DNA of 64,000 bases, taken from Azolla caroliniana (Eukaryota; Plantae; Polypodiophyta). The stretch covers positions 5,766,001 through 5,830,000 of the forward strand of contig JBHGNT010000014.1 of assembly GCA_043228905.1 (NCBI GenBank). Direction: 5' to 3'. Positions 1-11,662 of the stretch are shown here, in pieces. A program made the position numbers and the translations under genes. The notes under the pieces were generated by a model, which was given only the letters and a program-made list of their open reading frames with translations, ran no database searches and had not been told where the DNA came from. Position 1 is the first letter of the stretch. Each line of letters opens with the position of its first letter.

Positions 1-510
1 ATACAACCCGGACGCAAATGGGAAGGTGGAATGAGGACATAGTCTGATTGTAAAAGCTCTAGCAAAGGCTTGCGACGGGAAGAGGAAATGAGTTGGGATG
101 ACTTGCTAGCCATGAGGATTCAACAACTAGAACGGAGGCCCGAAGATGTCAAGTTGGCAATAGAACGGTTGCGCCAAGCTCGATTGAAGAACAAGGAGAA
201 TTTTGATAGGAAGCATCGTCTTGGACAAAGAAAAATTGAAGAAGGAGATTGGGTTCTTGTCTATGATAGTAGTCTCGATAATCAATATAGCACTACTCGA
301 AAGTTCGCAAAACGATGGTTTGGCCCGTATATGGTCAAGAAAATAGAAAGCAATGCAACCTATTTTTTAGTGAAGTTAGATGGAACTCAACTTGCTTTGC
401 CAATTGTAGGAAAAAGAATCAAGATCTTTAAGAGAAGAGAGGCCCCAAATCTTGAGATCGAAGCTCTAGATGATACACCCTCGAACATCAAGGTTGAAAA
501 AGATAATTAA
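1..510 (+). pseudogene. Element A: Ty3/gypsy integrase C-terminal part (GPY/F region), internally deleted
   Basis: YNPDANGKVE at the window start; ORF 70-510 has KRWFGPY..TYFLVKLDGT, homologous to the integrase ends of D and F; no chromodomain. Confidence 0.9.
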
Positions 511-879
511 AAGAGGAACCTCACCACAATTGGCACATACCTTTGGATGTGTAGGTTTTGTGGGGGTGAATGTAATATGATTTTTCACACACGATATGAA
601 ACACTAGTAAAACTATTATTTAAGATTAGCTTAATGTATTCATATGGAAAGATAGATGTCTTCAAGAGCTTCATAACGTATTTTACTACGCATGAAACGG
701 ATAAACAAGTATCAAGTTATGTGAGTGTGAAGTTTGAAAAAGAAAAGAAAAGAAAGAAAAGACAAAACTGTGAGATATCCCACATAGATAGGACAACATT
801 GGAACCCAGGATATATAAGGGAAACCAAAACATATTCATTATATCAATGTGTGGAGCATAGAATGTTCAAGGTGACTTG

Positions 880-1260
880 GGTGGTGTGGATGTTTCGAGC
901 GTATGCACGTGTGCATGGTTGTGTGGACGTTTTCGAACGTACGTGCGTGTGCAAGTTTCGGGCGTATGCGTGCACGGACTCGTGGGACATTCGCACGAAC
1001 GCGTGTGTGTGGACGTTTTCGGACGTACGTGTGTGTGCAAGTTTCAGGCGTACGCGTGCATGGCCGCGTGGACATTTCAGAAGGACGAGTGCGTGCATGG
1101 ACTCGTGGGACGCTCGCACGGACACGTGTGTGTGGACGCTTCGGGCGTATGCACATGTGCACGGTTGTGTGGACGTTTTTGGACGTACGTGCGTGTGCAA
1201 GTTTCGGGTGTACATGTGCACGGACTCCTGGGACGCTCGCACAGATGCGTGTGTGTGGAC
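880..1260 (+). repeat. CpG-rich tandem array in LTR A (core TTCGGGCGTAYGCGTGCAC / GTGTGGACG); continues at about 4700-4770 and 8512-8625
   Basis: Repeated ~40/80-bp units visible directly; they generate the spurious overlapping C/V/R-rich ORFs. Confidence 0.85.
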
Positions 1261-1678
1261 GAGTGACCACCAGGGTCTTGGACTAGGGAGGACGTTCGCA
1301 GAATTATCGAAGAGATGACGATCAATGTAAGATTAGATGAAATTGGTTTACTTGAGAAGAAGAAAGATTGTACACTTGAGAAGTAGAAAAATATGAAGAA
1401 GATAAAGACAAAGATAATTATATTGATAATAATGGTGTTGGTGATATCATATATTGAGCCCCCCTTACACAAGCCCAACTAGAGGCTTTTATAGGTCTTT
1501 CCATGCTTGTGACATGCACAAAACCATGGGCTAAAACCATGGTTTTGTGCACACGGTTTTGCTTATGTCATGCACAAACCATGGGTTTAGAACCATGGTT
1601 TTGTGCACATGGTTTTGTATGGTTGTTTCATCTATAATTCATATATAAAAGGGAAATACATAAAATCTACATTATATG

Positions 1679-1749
1679 ATAGTTGTCCTAATGGTAAGGC
1701 AATTATCTTGTATCTTAGAGGTGCAAGGTTCAAACCTTGCTTGCACCCA
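1679..1749 (+). promoter_or_regulatory. tRNA-derived A-box/B-box module in LTR B (second copy 4495-4565)
   Basis: TGTCCTAATGGTAAGGC ... GCAAGGTTCAAACCTTGC (perfect T-arm-like stem). Confidence 0.65.
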
Positions 1750-1947
1750 TGTGTATGAACTCAAGTGCCACTAGGCCTTAGGTTTATTTGCTAAGTGCAT
1801 GTGCAATGTTGCACATCCTTGGTTTATTCTTCTCACTCGGTTTCACACCGTAGTCGAAAATCGTCACGACATCCACCCCCACCAAACCCACACATCCTCC
1901 GGTATGTGCCGAGAAAGGTGAAGAGGTGAGATCTTTGGCAACGGTGA

Positions 1948-4000
1948 TCAACCGAGTTCCTCTGCACGCTCGTTGACCTCTTCTGACTTCGTCTTCCACT
2001 TCGAGTATGCGCAATCTTTCCAACCGAACCACCGTAGCCAACCGATCCACCATATCCGGCGCTCACACCTTCTTCCCCGATCGGTTGTAGTAGATCTACC
2101 GAACGATGTCGTCGATCCGACTGCTCTTCCTTTGTCCACCGCATGTGTCCTTCGATTGGACTCTTGGCTACTCCTCGCGCTCACCGTCTTCAACTGGGTG
2201 TTGTGGATCGTTCGTGTCAATCTCCCATTATGCCAGGTTTGCCCTTGTCCGAATCGGTCTCCGCCGATCTCTTCTTGGCCCGGTTGGCCTTCGTCTGCAT
2301 TCGCATTTCGCCGAGTTGGGCTCGACCGATTGATTCTGGCCGGGTCGGCCCCCTTTTGAATCGGGATCATCCGATCGATTTCCTCCGAATCAAGTTTCGG
2401 CCGGGTCGGCCCCGGTCGATCATCTCCCATGTGGATCTTCCTTCGTTCGGGCAGGAATCCCGGCCGGATCGTCTTCCGGTTCGACCGGTTCTCGACTCTT
2501 CCTTCCTTCCCGCATCTGCCTCTCTATCGAACTCAACCGCGACTTCATCCTTGGCCTCCTCGTCGGCCACATCCTTCCCTCCGTGTATGCTCGCCTCGAG
2601 CCATATTGTCTCCTCTCCGCCACCTCCTTTATCTTCGGTCTTATGTCGACACATGGTCTCGACTACCGAAGTCTCCGGAACTAGTGTGAAGGAATCCCTT
2701 CGTTCATTTACCTTGTCTCCCTTATCACCCTTCCGGTCGTCCGCTTTTTCGTCGACACATTCCGTCTCTCCGGTCTCATGTTGGCGCACGTGCACAACCG
2801 TCGAAGTCTCTAGAATAGGTGTGGGGATATCCTTTCTTCCTCCTTGTGTTGGGCCTTCGTCTTCCCGTCACCACCTTCTGTCTCTCCAGTCTCACGTTGG
2901 CACACGGGCGCAACCGCCGAAGTCTTTGAAACAAGTGTGGAGAAAGTCTTGACATGGCTATCCTTCGTCGACTCATCCATAGCCACCTCCGACTCGATGT
3001 CATTTGTCATGGCTACCTCCTCAATCTCTTCAGACTCAAACACTTTTTCTCCCTCGATCATGCAAGATTTTCTTATGCTTGCACCTTCATCACCCGATGT
3101 TTCGTACACAATGCGTGTTCCAAAACATTTATCCTCCCTTGAAGTGGCGTTTGCCGTCCTCGAGTCATCAGCCTCCTCCTTGGCCGTCGTTTCTTTGTAA
3201 GACAAGAATGTGACTTGTTTCACACCTTCTCTCTCGGTACCGTCATACCGAACCTGAGGCTTTGTATCGGCCACTTCATTAACCTGCATTTGTTGGGAGG
3301 TCTCTTCTTCCTCGATCACCATTCGCCTCAGTTTTGTCTCCCTTTTAAGCTTTATTTCTTTTGTTGGTGGTGCGTTGCTGCATCTCGCCCCTCTTCGATC
3401 ATCCCTCATGGGCCGTCTTGTTGTCGTTGATATTCTCGCTCACCCCTTATCGTGTAGTCGGCATACACTTTCCACATTGCTCCAATCCTCGATGAGGCCA
3501 TTTGCACCATCATCTTCTTCGAGTTTGAGGCCGATGGCCATCCTTTCCATTCGATCAATTGACTTCACGAACATAAGGACCTTATCGACCCCCACCAATC
3601 TTTGTTCCCGATCCGACAGTTGAGGAAAACGATGCTTGAAGTCTACGAATGCTTGTATCGCGCCTTGGTGGGTCTTCGCTGATGTCACCCATTGGTCGAA
3701 GTTGCGTCGATCTCGTCCCTTTAGACTCTCATAGCCATATTCCTCCAATAGAGCCTTCTCGAAAGTCGCCCACGAATCATGAGCTTCTAGAAGCTCTTTT
3801 ACATCTTTGAAGATCGGTTGAGACACCACCCGAAAAAAGTACCCTAGCCTCATAGCTTTGTGAACTTCGGCACCGTTGAAATAGCTCACTCGCTCGACTA
3901 CCCTCTGGACGGCTTGTTGGGCTTCATTTCGTCTTTTCCCTTCTCTTAGAAACTCCACCATCCTTTTTGACATTGCCTTCATGAGATATTCTCCATCCAT
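1948..4000 (-). pseudogene. B gag N-terminal domain plus long charged low-complexity tail, frameshifted
   Basis: ORF 3440-4000 has LEEDDGANGLIEDWSNVESVC, matching E gag LEDDTQANGLVADWIAVKRAC; continues in ORFs 2810-3409 and 2367-2795. Confidence 0.75.
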
Positions 4001-4021
4001 CTTCGTCCTCCCTTGTTGCTC

Positions 4022-4039
4022 TTCACGTCGGGTTCACCA
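4022..4039 (-). other. PBS complementary to tRNA-Trp 3' end (also D 19213-19228, E 50177-50194, F 51563-51580)
   Basis: TGGTGAACCCGACGTGAA is the complement of the plant tRNA-Trp 3' end TTCACGTCGGGTTCACCA (recalled sequence). Confidence 0.85.
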
Positions 4040-4770
4040 AATGATGTCGCGAAAATTCGCGCGTGCGTGTGCTACTCGAGCGACCACCGGGGTCTTGGAC
4101 TAGGGAGGATGTTCGCAGAATTATCAAAGAGATGACGATCAATGTAAGATTAGATGAAATTGGTTTACTTGAGAAGAAGAAAGATTGTACACTTGAGAAG
4201 TAGAAAAATATGAAGAAGATAAAGACAAATATAATTATATTGATGATAATGGTGTTGGTGATATCACATATTGAGCCCCCTTACACAAGCCCAACTAGAG
4301 GCTTTTATAGGTCTTTCCCTACTTGTGACATGCACAAAACCATGGGCTAAAACCATGGTTTTGTGCACACGGTTTTGCTTATGTCATGCACAAACCATGG
4401 GTTTAGAACCATGGTTTTGTGCACATGGTTTTGTATGGTTGTTTCATCTATAATTCGTATATAAAAAGGAAATACATAGAATGTACACTATATGATAGTT
4501 GTCCTAATGGTAAGGCAATCATCTTGTATCTTAGAGGTGCAAGGTTCAAACCTTGCTTGCACCCCTGTGTATGAACTCAAGTGCCACTAGGCCTTAGGTT
4601 TATTTGCTAAGTGCATGTGCAATGTTGCACATCCTTGGTTTATTCGTCTCACTCGGTTTCACACCGTAGCCGAAAATCATCAGGACAACGCGGTCGGGAC
4701 AATGGTTGTGTGGACGCTTCGGGCGTACGCGTGTGTGCACGATTGTGTATGTTTTCGAACGTATGCACGT

Positions 4771-7700
4771 TGTCGCGTTGTTACGTGCGTGCGTGGAGAA
4801 AGGTGGGACCACAGGGGGTCTTGGACTAGGGAGTGACGAAGCGTAGGAAGTCGTACTTCACCGTTTCCGGGGCATCCCAGAAGCACACCGGAAGCAACCA
4901 AAGGGAGAGAGAGAAAGAGAGGGAGCACGTGCTTGACACCGACTCACGCACGCACACACACACACAGGCCGACCCGATTCACGCCCTTATGTATGGGAAA
5001 CGCAGGAAAGGGGAAGCACCTGACACCAACGACCAAGGTAGGTTACAGTAGTCGTCGGCTGCCAAGCCGTCGGTCGGGGAGCTCGCGGGCTTGTCGCGCC
5101 CAGAGGGGTCTTGCGCAGGAGACGAGCTGAAGCAAACCCTAAGCGAATAGGAAGGGGGGAAGAAGAAGAAGAAGAAGAAGAAGAAGAAGAAATGTAACTA
5201 ACCCTAAACCGGTTTGATCCGTCAGCTTCGGTTCTTCCTTCGCGCTTACCTCCCCGTAGGCTCGTTCGACCCGTCGATGGGTCCTCTGCCGCGATCTCGG
5301 TAGTACGCGTACTTCCGCTAGCGCTTGTTCGGCTGTATGCACGCCCCGCTCTCTGCCGTATGCCCGATGTCCTCCGCTTGAGGAACGCCCGTAGTGGCCC
5401 GCTTGGCCTCCGTTGACCCTTCGTGTTGTCCTAATTGCCGTCCCATGTTGCTTCGCGTTGCTTTCGTCCTCTCGCTGCCACCTTCCTTCTCCATGGTCTT
5501 ACATTGCCACGTCGGCTCGAACCGCCATGGTCTCCGGAACGGTGTGAAGTATCCTTTTCTGGCCTTCTACGCGCTACCTCCGAACCGCACAACCTATCTC
5601 TGCGCTCGCCTTTCCGCTCTGGCACCTCCGTGTGCCACATACCCTCGTCCGTTGTTTAGCATTGCCTGTGCCGTACTCCGGTTCATTGCATGCCTTGTCG
5701 GCCCCTTTCCCGGCCAGATTGTGCATCGCCACTCACCCGCATACTGGTGCCCTCCGCATCCGAGGAACACCCCGTAGTAGCCCGCTTGGCCCTTCCCATC
5801 TTCGTGCTGCTGCAACAGGTGCTGAGTTTTCCGCTTGCCGTCGTCCCCTCGCCCCCACCAGCTTGTCACCCCGGCTTGCCGTGTCAGTCTTCGCTACTTC
5901 GACAGAGCTACCGAGATCTACGAAGCGAGTGTGGAGGATCCTCCTCCGGCCTCTCTTGCCATCCCCTGACTCCGACCCTGTGCAGTCCACTAGGCACTTG
6001 TCACCTCGTTCCCAACACCTCCCTTGTGCCGTCTTCCGCTTCCTTTGTTCGGCACCGCCCATGCCGAACACTGTCCCGTAGTCACGCTTTGATCCGGCCC
6101 ACGATGGCCACTTGCGAGACTTCTTATTCCGTCCTAGGTGTGCCTTTCCGGCCCGCAATACCTCGTGTTCGCCCTATTGGCTACTTCCGAAACCGTAACC
6201 GGCCGGTGAGGGTTTCGCACTTCGTCCGCCCTGTCTTACCGACTCTCGATCTACTACCCCGTGTCGTTGGGTCCCGTTCCCTGCCACCACCGTCCTTCTC
6301 CCTCGGTCTCACATTGCCACGTTGGCCGAACTGCCAGGGTCTCCGGATCAGTGTGAGGGTCCCATAGGACCGGTCTTCGTTTCGTTGCTTGCCGAGGTCC
6401 AGGTGTCTTTTGTTTGAGTCCCTCCTGGACTCTCCTTGTGTCTTCCGCGTAGTCGGGTCCCATTTCCCGCCGCCACCAACCTTCTCTCTCGGTCTCAGGT
6501 TGCCACGTTGGCCGAACTGCCGGAGTCTCTGGTTAGGTGTGGGGATCCCGTAGGACTAGACTTCCTTACACCCACTCACCTCGCCGAAAGGTCTTTCGGT
6601 TCGTAGCCGCCTTCCTGGCCTGATACCTTCTTTCTCTGCTTCTGTCCACGGCCTCCTCGCAGGCCTTTTCCCATCCGTCTTCACTAGCATCGTGCCAGGA
6701 CTCCTCGTCGGCGCCTTCCTTCTCTTCGGTCTCACGTCGGCACACGGGCACGACCGCCGGAGTCTCCGGAATCCGCGTGGAGGGCTCTTCTCCGCTCCTT
6801 CCCCGTATCGTCTCGCCGGTGATTCTTGGTCTTTCGCCGCCGCCTTCCTCCGCTTGGGACCCACGTGGGCACTCGGGCCCGACTGCCATCGTCTCGGGAG
6901 CAAGTGTTGGAAGACACAAAGAATCGCTCGTCCGTTTTACGCCCTTGTCCGTAGCCACCGACTCTTCGTGGTCGGCGGTCGTCTTCTTACCGATCGCGCA
7001 AGCCCCGCCTGGGCTTGCTTCTCCGATTTCCGGGGTTTCGGGCTGACACACCCGAAACCGCTGGTCCCAACTATCCGGTTCCACAATCTGTATCTTGGCC
7101 TCGTCCTTGGCCGTTCTATCTGCGCAAGTCGAGAGGGCGTTTTGTTCCGCACCCTCTCCCGTGGTACTGTCGTATCGATCTTCCGCCGTCGCGTGGGGCA
7201 AGTCCGTCTCCTCAGTCTCGGCTTGTGGCCTCGATCTTTCCTCTTCCTCGAGCATCGCCTCGAGAGCTGCGTACGCCTCCGCAGTCCGGGCCTCAACTCC
7301 GACCCTTGCCAACTCCCTTCGCCGTTCGGCCTCTTCCCGCTGTGATGGCACGCTGTCGCGCGCCTTCCTCTTAGCCTTCTCGGCTCGCTCATCGTCTAGC
7401 CGTTGGCACACCCTTCCGACCTTCGACCAGTCCTCCGTAAGCCCATTCGCTCCGTCATCGTCTTCGAGCTCCATCCCGATCGACCTGACGAACAATAGGA
7501 CCTTGTCCGTCCCCACCAAACCTTGTTCCCGGTGGGTCTTTGCCGTCGCTCGAACTCTCGAAACGCCTTGGTCGCGCCCCGGTGGGTCTTTGCTGATGCT
7601 ACCCACTGGTCGAAGTCGTATCGTCCCCGGCTCTTCCGCCGTCCTCCGTATGCCTTCAGGAGCGCCTCTTCGAAGGCCTCCCACGAAGTATGAGCCTCAC

Positions 7701-8511
7701 GGAGCTCCTTTACTTCCGCATGCATCCGGACAGCTACAACCCGACAGAAGAACTCCAGCCTCAACGCCTCGTCTACGCCACGCTCCTCCATATCCGCGTT
7801 GTAGGCTCCCAAGTAAGATGGGACTTTGTCCTCGTTGAAACAAAGGGAGAGAGAGAAAGAGAGGGAGCGCGCGCTTGAAACCGACTCACGCACACACACA
7901 CACACGCACACACACACACACACAGGCCGACCCGACTCACGCCCTTATGTATAGGAAACGTAGGAAAGGGGAAGGACCTGACACCAACAGAGGCGTGAAT
8001 ATACACAAACAGATGCAAATGTATATATATAAAAGGAAGAATACATTCCCGGCTTCGTGCCGGACCAAGGTAGGTTACAGTAGTCGTCGGCTGCCAAGCC
8101 GCCGGTCGGGGAGCTCGCGGGCTTGTCGCGCCGAGTGGGGTCTTGCGCAGGAGACGAGCTGAAGCAAACCCTAAGCGAATAGGAAGGGGGGGAGAAGAAG
8201 AAGAAGAAGAAGAAGAAGAAGAAGAAATGTAACTAACCCTAAATCTAACGATATACCCTCTAACGCAAAATGGGCAACCCTTTCACAAAGGGAGCTCCCT
8301 TCCTTTTATAGAACAAGGAGAGGGATGCATTACAATGTAGGATAAATCCCGACTTACATGGGATCGTCTGTCCCAACTTGACTACTCTTCGGCGCCATAA
8401 AGGCGCCCTCGTTATTCACACTAAATGTACAAGGGTGAGCACACATGTTGCACCCCGCCAATGTAGCCAATGTTTCCTGGTTTCCGCCTCTGGCCGAAAT
8501 TCTTCACGACA
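4771..8511 (-). mobile_element. Element C: gag-only non-autonomous element with both LTRs internally truncated
   Basis: Termini TGTCG/CGACA; TSD ACGT (4767-4770, 8512-8515); shared LTR block ~4897-5207 and ~7837-8243; no pol. Confidence 0.82.
6566..7836 (-). pseudogene. C gag N-terminal domain plus acidic/repeat tail
   Basis: SYLGAYNADMEERGVDEALRLEFF and ELEDDDGANGLTEDWSKV, homologous to B, D and E gag; one frameshift. Confidence 0.75.
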
Positions 8512-8747
8512 ACGTGTGCAAGTTTCGGGCGTACGTGTGCACGGCTGCGTGGATGTTTCAGACGGATGAGTGTGTGCACGGCCTCATGGAACGCTCGCAC
8601 GGACACGTGTGCGTGGATGCGTACACTACGCGGTCGGGACTTTTGCGCGCAGACGCGTCTATGGTTTGGTTGCGACGCACGTACGGATTGCTCACGGGCT
8701 AAACTTTATGGATGATTGGGTCATTTGGCTGAATTATACGAACGGTT

Positions 8748-8858
8748 GCATGCAACTAAAAGTAAAAGGATTGCAACTAAAAATGGAAGCATGCAACTAA
8801 AAGTAGAGGCAATGGAACTAAAAATAGAGGCCATGCAACTAAAAGTGGGCATGCAAAG
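8748..8858 (+). repeat. ~21-bp tandem repeat (CATGCAACTAAAA core) in LTR A
   Basis: Five to six units visible. Confidence 0.8.
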
Positions 8859-9300
8859 TAACATTGGGAAGGGGGATGAACAAAGAGCTCGATATATGTT
8901 CCATTTTTTCCCTCTACTTTTTTTTTTCTTTCTGCTTCTCTCTCCCATTCCTTGGGGAAGAAATCTCTCTCATATTGATATCGGACCACTCCTTACATGG
9001 TTGTTGGTTCCTTCCTTTCAAGAATAATCTCTCTTATTCATATCGAACCACTCCTTACATGGCTGTTGGCTCCTTTCTTTTTCAAGAATGATCTCTCATT
9101 TTCATCTCCAACCCATTGTAACAAGATTCTTGAATTATAAATGACTCGATTTTCTTATGCAATAAATGAACGGTTTCTCTCATCTACTCGTCTTATAAGT
9201 GAATTTTGCTTGTGTTGTACGTGTTGAAGTAAATCCTTCTAGTCCAGAACCCCGGTGGTTCCGCCTCGCGATCCGCACATAGTGACGGATTTTCACGACA

Positions 9301-11205
9301 CCGCCTTGGTTGACAGTTCTGCAGCTACAGAGCCCAACACCACTTTCGAAATAATCCAGGAACCACGATTGATCATTACGGCCTAGTCATAGCGGGGGAA
9401 AGGCGTGTTTACAGCGGAAAGCGAGGTCTTGAAGTATCCAGACATTCCGGACACAGCCCATGAGTTCGGCGCACTGTTATAGTTCGGAATGACTTACGAA
9501 CTCATGGAATTTTTTGCGACGCAACAAACAAAAGTCTCACAACGGATGGCCGAGGAGCACGCAGAACAACAAATGATTGAGCGCGCGGTAACACATACGG
9601 CGGAAAGCGATGATGAGGGGCCGCTAGCTAGAGTAGGCATAAAGCGGAATGTCAGTATACGCTAAATGGGAATTGAGCTACCCCCATTAAATGCGGCCCT
9701 CGTCGAGGTTCATAGGGAACTGGCTAAGGTCAGTATCGGAGCAAAAAATATGGCGATTAAGAACAAAAATGTCTGGAAAATGGTTAAACAGGCGCAAGCT
9801 GAGCGACAAAAGGCCAACGAGCGCATCACGGAGTTGGAACAGAACGCAACTACGGCACATCAGGAATCTCGACCAACAGACAACACCACTGATGCCTAGG
9901 CCCTAAGAGAAGAGGTTGAAGCCTAGATCGCCATCACTTCAAAAGCAAAGAGGGCCGTGCAGCTGGCCGAATCCGAGATTGACCGCCTCCACTCCGAACT
10001 CCGCCAATCCTTTGACAGAGAAAAGGATATCTGGGCCAAAGGCCAACAGGCAATAAAGACCCTCGAAGCGGAGGCAACGGTGCACACCCGCACGAAAGAA
10101 GAAAACACCAAACTACGGGAGGAAGCTCAAAAGTCGGAAATGGCGATCACAAGACTCTGGGTGTTATTGGAAAAGAAGAAAGTGTGGTACGACGAGCAGC
10201 TCGTACGGGAATAGGAGGTGAGGCATCAGGTCGAAATTCGCCTGAACAATGAAATGGGCAAGTTGGAGGAATTACACTCGACGGAATCTTAGATATGGGT
10301 AGGAATGAAGAGAAATTACGAGGAAGCGGTTGCGGTCAGAAAGCAAGAAATCGAAAACCTCAAGAAATCCGTGGAAGAAGCACGTAACCATTTCCAAGTA
10401 ATAACCGACAACATGCACATACTTCTTCAGACAAATCGGGAGAGGTTTTCGACGCAATTACAAGCGGCGCTAGACAAAGGCTGGATGGTGTGGGCAACAC
10501 AAGCAACGGAGTTGCATACCTACCAGGCGGACTGGGAGAACTGAAGGAAGGACGACTGAGGTTTCTATAAACTCAATGAGGAAGGCATTGCGGCAGTACG
10601 TGAAGACTTAGCGCAGGATTATCGCACGCTAGCGGACCAACACTCCAAGGAACTCGCACAGCTACTGGATGATTTCGGCGAAAGTCAAGAGGATATGTTT
10701 CACCGAATCATGCAAGCCAGCAGAACGCGGCCAAGCATGGAACCTAAGCCCACTTCAGCCAGAACCTATCGCAATACCAGAAAGTGATACTGCCGAACAG
10801 GAGGAACCTCAACCCACTTCACCGGAAATAATAACTACGGTAGGCAGCACGAGACAATGAGCGGAGCCCATTGCGATACCGGAAAGTGAGACCGCCGAAC
10901 AGGAGGAACCTCAGCCCAATTCACCGGAGAGGACAACTACGGCCGGCAACACTGAGGAAATGGCAGACAGGACAGAGCCTTAGCCTAGCGAGAGCCCACA
11001 GACGGATGAGCCAGCCACAATAGAACAGGATGAGCTAGTAGAGCCTGGTCCGCCCACACAGGGAGACGTTGACGCCATGGAGAGTCCCACAGAACAAGTA
11101 CATGACATGGAACCGCGCAACGACGCGCCTACGGACGCTACGTCGTCCCTGGACCAGGACATTGGAGCGGAACCAAACATCTGGGCTATTTTGGAGGAAG
11201 AATAA
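9301..11205 (+). pseudogene. Element H: 3' part of the accessory coiled-coil ORF
   Basis: Stop-interrupted heptad-rich frame; WMVWATQATEL..ADWEN(R)RKD..YKL..LADQ aligns with the G accessory ORF. Confidence 0.75.
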
Positions 11206-11252
11206 AGGGATGGGTCTGACGTGCCATGGCACTGTCCCACAGGCGTGCCAGG

Positions 11253-11662
11253 TGTTGTCCACCGGAATAGTAACCGACGGACAGAAGCGCAAAAGCATTA
11301 AATATAGTAAAGCGTAAAGAAACACATGTAATGGCTAAAGGCCCATATAAAGGGCAGAAATCCTCTGTAAGAGGTGTCGTGTAATTTTGGGTGCACAGAC
11401 TGGTTCTCTAATAGAATACTATCTTCTCTAATCGCTCTCTAATAGAATACTATCTTCTCTAATTTCTGTGTAGATCTGTGGTTTTGTCTACTGTGTTTCT
11501 TGTTATCTGTGGCGTACTGTTAATCGTAAGGGTGTAGGTGTAAGTGCGGAGACTAGTGCACTTCCTAAGGAGTTTGGTTGTAGCCATCTCCCTTATACGC
11601 TACTAGGATACGAGGGAGTATCCCATTACGTATTACGGTACGACGGTACATTCCTTGCAACA
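11253..11662 (+). mobile_element. 3' LTR of gypsy element H (relative of G)
   Basis: TGTTG...CAACA; preceded by the same CTGTCCCACRGGCGTGCCA motif as the G 3' LTR; TATA-like CATATAAAG at ~11344. Confidence 0.7.

Larger units (their letters stand above)
1261..4687 (-). mobile_element. Element B: non-autonomous gag-only (TR-GAG-like) LTR element
   Basis: Near-identical LTRs 4045-4687 and ~1261-1871 (terminal ~33 bp deleted); PBS 4022-4039; PPT 1872-1890; no RT or INT. Confidence 0.88.
571..9300 (+). mobile_element. 3' LTR of gypsy element A, interrupted by B and C
   Basis: Follows hairpin plus G-rich PPT (532-570); starts TGTAATATG; ends GTCCAGAACCCCGGTGGTTCC...TTTTCACGACA at 9300; right flank CCGC. 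Confidence 0.75.

Noticed and set aside
839-1318. Overlapping Cys/His/Arg-rich ORFs
   Set aside because: Artefacts of stop-poor tandem repeats, open in many frames
5133-5210. Telomeric repeat or Polycomb element (AAACCCTA with GAA and GA runs)
   Set aside because: Only isolated telo-box-like motifs in LTR C; too weak to call
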